Shown one piece after another: positions 29,259 to 40,100 of a DNA stretch of 64,000 nucleotides. How positions within the stretch are numbered: the stretch's first letter is position 1; the number at the start of each line of letters is the position of its first letter. Below the pieces are notes generated by a model. That model was not told where the DNA came from, did no database searches, and saw nothing but the letters and a program-made list of their open reading frames with translations. The stretch lies in assembly GCA_963727895.1 (NCBI GenBank), contig CAVSHT010000009.1, forward strand, positions 1 to 64,000, read 5' to 3'. The stretch comes from an uncultured Methanosarcinaceae archaeon (GTDB lineage: Archaea; Halobacteriota; Methanosarcinia; Methanosarcinales; Methanosarcinaceae). A program made the translations under genes and the position numbers.

Positions 29259-31562
29259 TTAAAACTGTTTTTTAGATTTTGTCCTCAACCCCGCCGCAAG
29301 AACTTGACCAAAAGAAATACATCCGTCTCCACAGGGGATCTGACGGTGGGACAAAAACTCAAAACCTGCTTCTTTAACAAGTCCTGCAATGCATGAAGTG
29401 ATATGATCGTTATAGGCAACCCCCCCACTAAGACCTATCTTTTCAAGCCCTTTTTTTGCGGCAAGAGATACGGCAATTTCAGAAATTCCAATTGCAAAAT
29501 TTTCTTCAACTGCAAAAGCAAGATCCGCAGAGGAGTACTTTCCCAAAAGGTCATATACTCCCAGCATAAGTTCAGTAGTATCAAGCACAGAACATCCAGA
29601 GTCTTTTTCGTTCCTGATGACTATAGGAAGATCTACAAAATGGTTGCTCTTTTTTGCAGCAGATTCGAGTTTCATTGCTGGCTCACCGTCATAGGTTCTA
29701 TTCTTACAGATTCCGAGCAGTACCGAAGCTGCGTCCAGTACTCTTCCTGTACTGCTGCTTTGGATAACATTAACCCCAGTTTCAAGCTGTTTCATGACAG
29801 TTGAAAATTCAAGATTTCTTTGTGGAAAAACAAGATGAAGTTTTTCCAGTTCTTCTCTCCCAAGCTTCTCAAAAAGGATGCCCAGAACCATTCTTGAAGG
29901 TATTTTAGATGCGAGATCCCTTCCAGGCATTGGTTGAGGAAGTAAATGTCCAATTCGCTCATGCCCAAAGTAAGAAGACTCAAAGAGTTCTCCTCCCCAG
30001 ACTGTGCCATCACTGCCGTATCCAACACCATCAAGAGCAATTCCAAGAATTTGAGCGTCCAAAGGCAGAGAGTTGTCAGCCATAAGTGCCAGCATGTGGG
30101 CGTGATGATGCTGAATCTGAAGAGTATTCTCCGTTCCCATCTTCAATGCAAAACGGGTAGTGTTAAACGACGGATGCAGGTCGCAGCCCCAGTAAAAAGG
30201 TTCGATTCCAGTAAGCTGGATAAGGTGTTTGACAACCTCTGAATGGTACCTGAAGGTTTCTACATGACTGGTATTTCCAATATATTGAGAGATATAGGCA
30301 AGTTTTCCTTTTGCTACAGCAACTGTAGAATTCATCTCAGCCCCTACCCCTATAGAAGCTCCGATTTCGAAGGGCAACTCTATAGGTTCAGGAACAAAGC
30401 CTCGAGAGCGCCGGATAAAAGCCGCATGTCCATTCACAATCCGAACAACCGTATCATCATTTCGGTTTGCAATAATCCTATTGTGCAGAAGATAATAATC
30501 AACAATTCCTTTAAGTTTCTCAAGTGCCTCTTCATTCTCAACAACCATAGGCCGCCCTGGAAGGTTTGCCGATGTCATAACATACACTGCATCAGGCACA
30601 CAGTCAAAAAGCAGATTCTGTGTGCCTGTATAGGGAAGCATGATTCCTATATTGTGAAGATCAGGGGCAACAGATTCTGCAAGATTGAATTCCTTTGACA
30701 TGGAAAGCACCGTAATAGGACGGCGATAAGATGTAAGATACTCTTTGCCTGTGCCTTCAACTTCTGCAAAAGACTCTGCAACCTCTACATTTTTTACCAT
30801 TACTGCAAAAGGTTGTTCTGGACGTTTTAACCGTCTTCTAAGCTCATTTACAGGTTCTTCCTTTCGAGCATTACAGGCAATATGGAATCCTCCAAATCCT
30901 TTTATAGCAAGAATTGAATCCTGCTGCATGAGATCCGAAGCAAATTTAATTGCTTCATAGCCTTTTACCAGTAAATTTCCATCAGAATCCGAAATCCAGA
31001 TCTCTGGCCCGCACTTTGGACAGCAGACAGGCTGCGCATGATATCTTCGATTAAGAGGGTCAGTATATTCTTTTTCGCACTCAGGACAGAGAGGAAAATC
31101 TACCATCGTGGTATTTTCCCGGTCATAAGGAAGGGTAAGAACTGTCGTATAACGAGGCCCACAATTTGTACACACCGTAAAAGGATAATGATAATACCTT
31201 GAAGAAGGATCAAAAATCTCAGACTTACAATGTTCACAAATAGCTGTATCAGGGGGGATTATGGAATTTTCAAAAACTCCAGATTCACTTGGCACGATAA
31301 TAAATTTGGAGCATTCTGAAAAAGGGACATTTTTTGTTTTTATTTCAGTAATTTTAGCAAGAGGAGGTTTTTTATCAGGAAGATCTTTTATAAAACCATC
31401 AAGGCTTTCCGTATTTCCTTCTATAAGAATTTCCACGTAATTTCCTAGATTTTTTACATATCCAAAAAGCCCATGAACTTTTGCAAGCTGATATATAAAA
31501 GGGCGAAAACCTACACCCTGTACAGTACCGGTAATATGGAGAATCCTTGCCTCGTTTTGCAT
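29259..31562 (-). CDS. hypF: Carbamoyltransferase HypF
   Basis: GTVQGVGFRP acylphosphatase, two zinc fingers, KGFGGFH, HHHAH, SGGV, GDGCIS; likely ATG 31562. Confidence 0.95.
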   Translation of the reverse strand: MQNEARILHITGTVQGVGFRPFIYQLAKVHGLFGYVKNLGNYVEILIEGNTESLDGFIKDLPDKKPPLAKITEIKTKNVPFSECSKFIIVPSESGVFENSIIPPDTAICEHCKSEIFDPSSRYYHYPFTVCTNCGPRYTTVLTLPYDRENTTMVDFPLCPECEKEYTDPLNRRYHAQPVCCPKCGPEIWISDSDGNLLVKGYEAIKFASDLMQQDSILAIKGFGGFHIACNARKEEPVNELRRRLKRPEQPFAVMVKNVEVAESFAEVEGTGKEYLTSYRRPITVLSMSKEFNLAESVAPDLHNIGIMLPYTGTQNLLFDCVPDAVYVMTSANLPGRPMVVENEEALEKLKGIVDYYLLHNRIIANRNDDTVVRIVNGHAAFIRRSRGFVPEPIELPFEIGASIGVGAEMNSTVAVAKGKLAYISQYIGNTSHVETFRYHSEVVKHLIQLTGIEPFYWGCDLHPSFNTTRFALKMGTENTLQIQHHHAHMLALMADNSLPLDAQILGIALDGVGYGSDGTVWGGELFESSYFGHERIGHLLPQPMPGRDLASKIPSRMVLGILFEKLGREELEKLHLVFPQRNLEFSTVMKQLETGVNVIQSSSTGRVLDAASVLLGICKNRTYDGEPAMKLESAAKKSNHFVDLPIVIRNEKDSGCSVLDTTELMLGVYDLLGKYSSADLAFAVEENFAIGISEIAVSLAAKKGLEKIGLSGGVAYNDHITSCIAGLVKEAGFEFLSHRQIPCGDGCISFGQVLAAGLRTKSKKQF

Positions 31563-31666
31563 ATAAATATAGGATTGCTGTTCGCCGTTGAAATAGCTTT
31601 CTAAGTAATAAAAACACAAACACAATCAAAAAAGAAAAGAAAAACTTAATTTTATTCAATAGTCTC

Positions 31667-32818
31667 TTAATCTTTCATTTTAATACTTGAGACTCTCTGT
31701 ATGTGCCCATGTTCCCCATGATTATGTTCGTCATGGTGCTCGTGTTCATGACTATGAGTAGGTTCGATTTTGTTTACTTTTATTTTTTCTCTCTCAAACA
31801 CCTCACATACCGAACTTTCTACCGCATCGTTAACGGCTTCCTTCTCGACATTTGAGACCGCTGAAAGGATTTTCAATATCGGGACAGCTCCATCCTTTGA
31901 TTTAATAATATCCTCCTGAGGCTCTTCATAGTAGATTGTAACACTTTGTTTCACAGTTTCTAACCCATTATCCATGAAAAGTTTAATATGCCCTACGAAT
32001 TCGGGATTTAGTTTTAACATTTTAGCCTTTATTGTGTTTATTAGTTCAACTGTTAACTCCCTAGCATCCTCAGTACTAAGATTTTCATTCCCAACCTTAA
32101 ATTCTGCAGAGTAGCTGCCAACTCCAGACGCTTCGATTGAATTTTCAGTCTCTTGAGGAGCAAAAACAGTTTTTTCTATTACTTCAGCCTTTGGGACTTT
32201 TTCTAATACTTCATCGAGATCAGGGAGAACAATTCGCATGAAATTCTCAAAGCTTTCGCCCGTATCTTTCCCCGAAAGCATTACTATCCTGGCTTTCGGA
32301 TTAAGTTGCTGCACAGATGCCTCAAGAATTGGAAGTCGAATGGGTTCTATCAGGTCTACCTTATTAATCCCAAGAATTTCCGCATCAATAATCTGCCTCA
32401 TGGCAAATTCTCTTACTTCTTTCATCAGGTATTTAAAACGGCTGCCATCAATCAGAGTTACAAGAGGAGCAATTCTCACTTCTTCGCCGAGGTTCATAAG
32501 CTCGACCTCGTTCCTTATAATATGCGGAAAAGCTATTCCTGTGGGCTCGATCATTATAATATCTGGCTTATACTCGTTTACAAGGAGGTTAATTGTTGTT
32601 CTCAGACCGACTTTCAGAGAGCAGCAGATACAGCCATTTGTGACCTCTTTTGTATCGAACCCAAATCTCTTTATTACATCCCCATCGATTCCAATTTCTC
32701 CGATCTCATTCACAATGATGGCAACTTTTTTCTTTTTTTCTGCCAGATATTTACCCATATTGATAATAGTGGTGGTTTTCCCGCTTCCAAGAAATCCCCC
32801 CACCACAACGACCTGCAC
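31667..32818 (-). CDS. COG0523/CobW-like G3E metallochaperone GTPase with His-rich tail
   Basis: GFLGSGKTT, VNEIGE, GCICC, EPTG, NKVD; C-terminal HSHEHEHHDEHNHGEHGH. Confidence 0.88.
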   Translation of the reverse strand: MQVVVVGGFLGSGKTTTIINMGKYLAEKKKKVAIIVNEIGEIGIDGDVIKRFGFDTKEVTNGCICCSLKVGLRTTINLLVNEYKPDIIMIEPTGIAFPHIIRNEVELMNLGEEVRIAPLVTLIDGSRFKYLMKEVREFAMRQIIDAEILGINKVDLIEPIRLPILEASVQQLNPKARIVMLSGKDTGESFENFMRIVLPDLDEVLEKVPKAEVIEKTVFAPQETENSIEASGVGSYSAEFKVGNENLSTEDARELTVELINTIKAKMLKLNPEFVGHIKLFMDNGLETVKQSVTIYYEEPQEDIIKSKDGAVPILKILSAVSNVEKEAVNDAVESSVCEVFEREKIKVNKIEPTHSHEHEHHDEHNHGEHGHIQRVSSIKMKD

Positions 32819-32884
32819 GTTTTTTCCTCCCTTTTTCTCGCCCTGAATATTTTGGCTCTTTTACACTCAACAAACGTAATCTTT

Positions 32885-34504
32885 TTACTGTCCTGCTACT
32901 GTCAGGTTTTCCCATTTAAATCTTTCATCCGGGCAAGCGTGTAAACAACGCTGGCAGTTGGCACCATCACAGAGGTCAGTCCTTATTCTCACATTTCCTT
33001 TATCATCAATTCTCAGAGCCCCAGTAGGGCAGACTTTTACGCACTCACGACAGCCGGTACAATTTTCAATTACCATCGTAAGGTAAGTCCCAACCTTTTC
33101 AAGTACCTCAAGTCCTTCTTCTCCAAGTTCGGGAATATCCTTTTCAACCTGGCGGTCAATTTTGAGAATAGATGAAGGCTCACCAAGCATGGGCAATTTT
33201 TTCTTTTTCAGGAACTTCTGAAGCATCTTAAAAGCCATGCCTTCGTTCCAGTAAGCAAGCTCCAGCAAATAAGCTTCCTTAAAAGCCTCGGAGGTTGCAA
33301 ACATTACATGAGTACCCAGTATCTCCTTTGCAATTGCCTGTAATTCCCAGAGCCTGTCTTCAGAGAGCAGGATTTCCCTCGCAACGATTAGAGAGGTATT
33401 TCCAATCTGGGAAACATAACTCGCATTGTAGGGGATCATTCCAACTTTGTGGGCCTTTGCAGCGTCCATATAAGTGCCGGCAGCCCCTGACATATGAGCA
33501 ATCTGCAGTTCTTCCATATCAATTCCTGCAGCTGAACAAAGAGTAATATGCCCGGCCCTAATTGCTCCTATAGCTCTCCCAGCTGCAATAAGGTCTTTGT
33601 CCGTGAATATTATCCCGTCCTGCAGGTGAATAATACCATCTGTAGTCTGAATCTTCGGCAGTATAATTAATTTATTTCTCATACCTGTCTCTATAAGGGC
33701 AATGACTCCTGTACCTGTGATACCTTTTGCAGTAATATCTCCTTTTTCCAAGACTTCCCCTGTTTTAGGATTTACAAGATCGCCCTTGACGGTATTCATA
33801 TCCCGATCGAGTACATAGCAACGCAGGTTATTTCCCTCAAATTCCACATCACATATTGTGCGAGGGGAAGCAAGGGATCCGCATTCGATCTCCTGACCTT
33901 CAAGAGCAGGACCTGCAGCAGCGGAGCCGGTGTATATAACACCATTTGCCTTGAGAGCCATTTCGGCGTTTGTTCCATAGTCCGTTGCAATTGCAATGTC
34001 ATTACTTTCAATCATGCCAGCTTTTACAATAAGTGCAAGTGCATCGGCTCCTACTTCGTGTTTAATTGCAGGAGGTACGAATAGTTTACAGTTTACAGCT
34101 TCTTCAAATCCTTCGATCTCAGCTAGAGGTATTACGCGGGCATCTCTGTTTTGTTCTTCGATGTGATATTTTTGCTTTTTACGCTCTCCGGCATATGCCA
34201 GGTCTTCTATTGGAATTCCCTGAAAGATAGAAAGCTGTATAGGGTTTCCGCATATTGAAAATTTTCCTATTTCTGCCAGATTTACTCCAAGTTCGGCAAG
34301 GATATTCTTTACCGCCGTAGCTGAGAGCCCGTGAGCTTTGTCAAGTCCGTAATGAATTGCAAAATCAAGATGATCCATTACATTTGCTCCAGGCAGGGGA
34401 TTTCGCAGCGTTATAACAGTTTTCTTAATCTCGCCGCTTTCCAGGTCAATTTTCTGGGCTCTAAAACCACTTGTTCCCAGATCAATTGCAACTCCTGTTC
34501 TCAT
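32885..34504 (-). CDS. ramA: Corrinoid protein reductive activase (RamA/RamM family)
   Basis: ASKHA motifs DLGTSG, DYGTNAEM, AAGPALEG, GITGTG; two C-terminal Fe-S motifs; downstream of mtaA. Confidence 0.9.
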   Translation of the reverse strand: MRTGVAIDLGTSGFRAQKIDLESGEIKKTVITLRNPLPGANVMDHLDFAIHYGLDKAHGLSATAVKNILAELGVNLAEIGKFSICGNPIQLSIFQGIPIEDLAYAGERKKQKYHIEEQNRDARVIPLAEIEGFEEAVNCKLFVPPAIKHEVGADALALIVKAGMIESNDIAIATDYGTNAEMALKANGVIYTGSAAAGPALEGQEIECGSLASPRTICDVEFEGNNLRCYVLDRDMNTVKGDLVNPKTGEVLEKGDITAKGITGTGVIALIETGMRNKLIILPKIQTTDGIIHLQDGIIFTDKDLIAAGRAIGAIRAGHITLCSAAGIDMEELQIAHMSGAAGTYMDAAKAHKVGMIPYNASYVSQIGNTSLIVAREILLSEDRLWELQAIAKEILGTHVMFATSEAFKEAYLLELAYWNEGMAFKMLQKFLKKKKLPMLGEPSSILKIDRQVEKDIPELGEEGLEVLEKVGTYLTMVIENCTGCRECVKVCPTGALRIDDKGNVRIRTDLCDGANCQRCLHACPDERFKWENLTVAGQ

Positions 34505-34719
34505 ATCTTAACCTCCTCCAAAAAAGTATAAGATTTATTTAACCAGTATATTTCAGACATATTTTAAGGTTAATATATTTGGATAAGTATTATGTTGAAT
34601 AAGATATAAAGCCATTTATACTGAATCGTTTGTTATGAATACTTCTCCTCAGCATATAGCCTGTCAAAATTTGGCTCTGGTGTTTTTACCCCACCTGCCA
34701 AAACTAAAAAAATTAAGTT

Positions 34720-34768
34720 GGACACGGTATCCAAAACTTTAGAATATTTAAAGTTCTGGAACGTGCCC
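34720..34768 (-). terminator. Stem-loop 3' of mtaA (terminator or stabiliser)
   Basis: TCCAAAACTTTA-GAATATT-TAAAGTTCTGGA (11/12 pairs) with outer GGACACG/CGTGCCC arms. Confidence 0.45.
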
Positions 34769-34799
34769 GTAAAAAATAAAAGAATTTTTATTTGCCTAT

Positions 34800-35819
34800 T
34801 CAGGCGTAGAACTCGTCTCTTGCTGCAACCATGGCTTTGATATTTTCAAGAGGTGTCATGGGTGCAATACCACAGCCTGGTGCGAGTACATCGATTCCAC
34901 CCTCAAGAGCTGTTTTTGCTTCAGCTTTAATCTTGTCAATAGGCCCAGGCAATAAAACAAATGGACTGGAGACATTTCCTACTAATCTTGCTCTGTCTCC
35001 AATAATTGCCTTTCCTTCTTTTGCAGTACCGATCTTTTCTTCTACGCTGAGACCTTCAAATCCACAGTCTGCCATGTCACTGAGGATTGCGTTAACTTTC
35101 CCACAGATGTGGAGTACAGTCACGGAGTTAACACTTGAGGAAAACTTCTGTAATCTCGACTGAAGAAACTGTCTAAAAGTGTTGGGGCTCATGAGGTCAG
35201 GAGAAGCAACAGGGTCTGCAATAGCGATAACATCTGCACCGGCTTCAACCATTGCATTTGCATAAACGATTGCAGCTTCTGTGGCAATATCTAGAGCCTG
35301 CTCGAAGAGGTCAGTCTTTTTAATAGACCATTTCATAAAGGATTTTACACTTACCAGATCAGAAGCAACTGTAACTGGACCTTCCATTCCTCCGATAATT
35401 GGAACATCAGGACCTACTTTTTCCCTAACGATCTTAATAGCTTCGAGTACAGCTGGAATTCTGCCTTTCTGCAAGAGGTCTGCAGGGACAGCTGCGCCAT
35501 CGAGGCTTTTTGGATAAGGATGAGCTATAACAGATGGCTGTCTGTTTTTGGTACCCATGTTGATTTCACAGCCCATGGCTTCAACAAGAACAGTCAGACA
35601 GTAAGGAAGTCTGACAGCTTCAAGTCCGCTAAGTTCATAGTTGGCGATTGCCAGCTTTGCAATAAGTTCAGGGTTTGTGTGAGCTTCAGGCCAGGGCGCT
35701 CCCACTTCATCCATAAGTTCTACAATTCCGGTCTGTGTCACGGAGCAAACAGGTACTTTGTCAACAGGCTTGCCTTCTAGGGCAGCTAAGAGTCTCGTTT
35801 TAAGTGTAAATTCGCTCAT
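34800..35819 (-). CDS. mtaA: Methylcobamide:CoM methyltransferase MtaA
   Basis: UroD fold, VPVCSVTQT, VLHICG and APGCG zinc ligands; adjacent to activase. Confidence 0.92.
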   Translation of the reverse strand: MSEFTLKTRLLAALEGKPVDKVPVCSVTQTGIVELMDEVGAPWPEAHTNPELIAKLAIANYELSGLEAVRLPYCLTVLVEAMGCEINMGTKNRQPSVIAHPYPKSLDGAAVPADLLQKGRIPAVLEAIKIVREKVGPDVPIIGGMEGPVTVASDLVSVKSFMKWSIKKTDLFEQALDIATEAAIVYANAMVEAGADVIAIADPVASPDLMSPNTFRQFLQSRLQKFSSSVNSVTVLHICGKVNAILSDMADCGFEGLSVEEKIGTAKEGKAIIGDRARLVGNVSSPFVLLPGPIDKIKAEAKTALEGGIDVLAPGCGIAPMTPLENIKAMVAARDEFYA

Positions 35820-36356
35820 AAGTCATACCTTTTGAATTTATCGATTTACATTTATTATTATTACAATATTTGTCTACTTAACAATATTATATAGACCTTT
35901 TCAATCCAAAATGTTTCATTTCTAGGATGTAAATCCATATTTATGAAACACAATTATAAATTATAGGTTTAACCTGGGAAAGTAACAATACATCTGAATA
36001 TCCATATCCGTCTCTCATGGAAAAGATAAAAATATGGATAAAGTAATACAAATCTCAGGCTCCTCAGATTACGTTATAATGCGGATATTTTTTAAGAGAA
36101 CAACTTATAAAAGCTATTTGTCAAGAATTTTTTTCTTCTATTTTTAAAATAAAAGATATCATAAATTTTGAGCGCGTTGTTCAATTTTTATATGCAAACC
36201 AGTCGTACATATAGTTTAGTCTTTTTATGTGAATATACTATTTATGATGTAGTATAATAATCAATGTTATTTTATTCCTTATAATAGATTTCGGGATTTT
36301 TCAAATCCATGTCAAGCTTCTTATTCTTTTATTACATTGAATCACAATGAGATAAG

Positions 36357-39197
36357 ATGGGGAAGAATCTAGCTGGAGAGCACAACAATATCTGTTTTCC
36401 CAAAGGGAACGAGCATCGGGTTTCACGTCCAGAACTTCGTCAAAAATTAAATGTTGACGAAAACGGACTCAGCGAAAAGGAAGCTGCCCATAGGCTCACA
36501 GAATGTGGAGATAATGTTTTAGAAGAAACAGGAAAAGAAAACATAATAAAGAAATATCTCAGACAATTCAAGAATTTATTTTCTATTCTATTGACCGTGG
36601 GAGCGATTCTATCTTTTGTCGGAGAATATCCTGACCCAGACAAGGGAAATATGTATATAGGAATTGCTCTTGCAGGCGTTGTAATAATTAATGGAACTTT
36701 TACATTTATACAGGAATATCAAGCTGAAAAAACAATGGAAAGCTTTCGGCAGCTTCTTCCACCCCATGCTAGAGTTTTAAGGAAAGGAAAAGTGAAGGAT
36801 ATTCTGGCATCAGAGCTTGTTGTAGGGGATATTATTCTTCTGGAGGAAGGAGATAAAATTCCTGCCGATGGACGCTTGATTGAGACCAATGCTTTGAAAG
36901 TCGATAATTCAGCCATTACCGGAGAATCAGAACCCCAACTTAGATCTCTTGAATGCACTCATCCTAATATGCTGGAGTTCAGAAACATGGTTTTTTCAGG
37001 GACTCTGGTACAGAGTGGAAACGGAAAAGCAGTTGTTTTTGGAACAGGACAGAATACCCAGATAGGAAACCTTGCAACACTTACACAACAGACTCTAGAT
37101 GTTGAAACTCCAATCAGAAAAGAGCTTAATCATTTTATAAAAGTTATATCCACGATTGCGATTTTTCAGGGAGTAGTCTTCTTTATACTTGCTTTTCTTC
37201 TGCAGGATGTTTTTCTTGCAAGCCTTATTTTTGCCATTGGAATTATTGTTGCCAATGTTCCCGAAGGACTTTTACCCACAGTTACACTCGCTTTGAGTCT
37301 TGCTTCCAGAAGAATGGCTTCGCGAAATGCTCTAATAAAACAGCTCGAATCAGTAGAAACTCTAGGATCAACTACTGTTATCTGCACTGATAAAACTGGG
37401 ACTCTAACTCAGAATAAAATGGCAGTTAATTCTCTGATGATCGGTTTTGACCGTCTAGTTATTCAATATACTCTCAACACTGAAACTGAAAAAAAGAGGA
37501 CAGAAAAAAACACAAACAAGACAGATACTGAAGGAATTGCAGATTTAGAAGAAGGATTTTATGTTACAGAAAATCCTTTAAGGATTAATGAAAAAAGACC
37601 ATCTGTATTCATAAGAGTTGCAGGTCTTTGCAATAATGCAAAACTTCGCGAGTCTACTTCAGGGTATAGCGGCGACCCAACTGAAGGAGCACTTCTTGTT
37701 TTTGCAAACAGTATAAAAAATATAAAAAGCCTCCAGAATGAGTATCCACGGCTAGAAAAGTTCCCTTTTGATTCGATTACTAAAAGAATGGAAGTTATCT
37801 GCCGCACTCCTGAAGGAAAACTTGAAGTATATCTCAAAAGGTGCTCCAGAAGTAGTTGTAAAAATGTGCAGCTCATCTCTGGATTCAGGAGAAATCAGAA
37901 AACTGGATGAGACAAAGCAACAAGAACTTTTTGACCGGCATCTGAATCTTGCAAAAAAAGGAGAACGAATCCTTGCTCTTGCGTACAGACAAATAGAAGA
38001 GCTAAAGGAATATACAGAGGATTTTGTCTTTCTTGGATTTATAGGAATTGTAGACCCCCCGCGCCCTGAAGCTAGAGAAGCTATTGCAAAGTGCCATACA
38101 GCCGGGATCAAAGTTGTCATGATCACCGGAGATCACCCGGTCACTGCAGAATCAATCGCAAAGGACGTGGGACTTGCAAACGCTGGAAAACTTGAGATTA
38201 TAACCGGAGACGAGCTTGCAACACTCTCACAGATAGACCTTGCTTCAAGATTAAAAAATCCGAGCATTGTATTTGCCCGTACTTCCCCTGTACAAAAGTT
38301 GAAAATAGTAAAGCTTTTCCAAGCCGAAGGAGAGATCGTTATCATGACGGGCGACGGGGTAAATGATGCTCCTGCAATCAAGAATGCCGATATGGGCGTC
38401 GCTATGGGCAGCGGAACGGATGTTGCTCGCGAAGCTGCGGATATGATACTGCTTGATGATAATTTTGCTACTATCGTGAATGATATAGAGGAGGGAAGGA
38501 TCGTTTTTGACAACATTAAGAAATTCAGTGTGTATATTATTACCCACACCATTCCTGAAGTTCTACCTTATATAGCTTTCATTATCTTTGCTCTGCCTCT
38601 TCCTATGCCAGTACAGCTTATTCTGGCAATTGATCTTGGTACAGATATGCTACCTGCGCTTGCTCTTGGGGAGGAAAAAGGAGAAGAGGATATTATGAAA
38701 AGGCCTCCCAGATACAGAGACGAAAAATTGTTAACTCCTCAGGTGCTTCTTACAGCTTATGGGATAAAAGGACCTATCGAAGCTATTGCTGGGTTTTTTG
38801 TTATTTTGCCATACTTTTGGAAGGAGGATGGAGTTTTGGCGAACAGCTTGCAAGCAATAATCCCCTTTATATGCAGTCAATAACTGCTTTCTTTTCAGCA
38901 GTAATTATATGCCAGATTGCTAACGTTTTTTCTTCCCGAACCCGGTTTCAGTCAGTCTTTACAATAGGTTTATTCAGTAATCGTATGGTTCTTGTTGGAA
39001 TTGCAACTGAACTCCTAATTCTCGCATTAATCATCTGGAACCCGGCTGCAAATATTATTTTCAATACTCATCCCCTTGACCTAAGATATTTGCTAATTGC
39101 CGTTCCTTTTGCATTTTTATTGCTTGAAGTCGATGAATTAAGGAAATATTTAGTGAGAAAGAATGTGAGATGGGTGACCAGATTTTTAAAGTGGTAA
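36357..39197 (+). pseudogene. P2-type cation-transporting ATPase with two frameshifts
   Basis: TGESEP, ANVPEGL, DKTGTLT, KGAPE, TGDGVND; extra A at 37836-37839 and missing T at 38794-38799 split it into three ORFs. Confidence 0.88.
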
Positions 39198-39456
39198 ATT
39201 AAAGATTAACCATCTAAACGATAGTGATAAACCAGATTTTAGCTTTTAAATACGGTTTAGCGACTTAAGAGGGAGTTAAACAATGAATATAAATTTAAAA
39301 ATCTGTTGTTTTAAGCTCATATTTACGTTATAAGAATTATTTGTGAAAACTTATATATAGATTCCAATTTACTTTTATCTGTAAGAATTATCCTTAAACT
39401 CTCTTGTAAACCTACCAAACTCTACATTCAAACTTAATTAACTTGAAACACTTCCA

Positions 39457-39711
39457 ATGAGCTTAAAAAAGTAGACCATCAGAAAAAAAATTCCTGTCAG
39501 AATCGATATCATCTCTACTATTATTATTTCAGTTATTATCTTTGCATATAAGAACATTACATTCTCTATCCAATTTTTCGACTTACAGGAAAAAGGCAAT
39601 TGAAAAATATTAACTGAAAGAACATCTCATTTATATTAAGAAAAAGGCACTTTCGGAAGAAAAAAAATTAATTATTAAGATAATACAATTATCTATGCTG
39701 AAGGGGCGTAA
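39457..39711 (+). pseudogene. Possible collapsed remnant of a membrane sensor (hybrid) histidine kinase
   Basis: IRKKI...IIISVIIFA...FFDLQEK (N-terminal TM-like) joined to KKGTFG...IQLSMLK (receiver-tail-like), abutting the receiver gene start. Confidence 0.35.
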
Positions 39712-40088
39712 TGATGAAAAAAATCCTGATTGTCGAAGATAATCCCATGAACATGGAACTGGTTCTGGACATTTTGGAATTTTACGGACATAACATAACC
39801 AAAGCCGAGGACGGGATAAAGGCTCTTGAGCGCCTTGCTGAACAAAAATTCGATATTATTCTGCTGGATATGCAGCTTCCGAAGATGGATGGACTTGAAG
39901 TTCTCGATAGAATTAAGAAAAACCCTGAGACTGCAGAGATCCCAGTGATAGCGGTTACGGCCCACGCTATGAAAGGCAGTGAAGAACATTTCATAGAAAT
40001 GGGCTGCGTGGATTATGTCTCAAAACCCATAGACATTCACAAATTCAGAGCTCTGATCGACAAATATCTTGAAGAAGATTCGTCTTAA
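39711..40088 (+). CDS. Single-domain response regulator (DivK/CheY-like)
   Basis: ILIVEDN, LLDMQLPKMDG, VTAHA, KP. Confidence 0.93.
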   Translation: MMKKILIVEDNPMNMELVLDILEFYGHNITKAEDGIKALERLAEQKFDIILLDMQLPKMDGLEVLDRIKKNPETAEIPVIAVTAHAMKGSEEHFIEMGCVDYVSKPIDIHKFRALIDKYLEEDSS

Positions 40089-40100
40089 CTTTAAAAAAAG

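Noticed and set aside
32238..32944. Long antisense ORFs (202 and 212 aa) and similar shadows over mtaA, hypF and Ehr genes
   Set aside because: Overlap well-supported genes on the opposite strand and show no protein-family features
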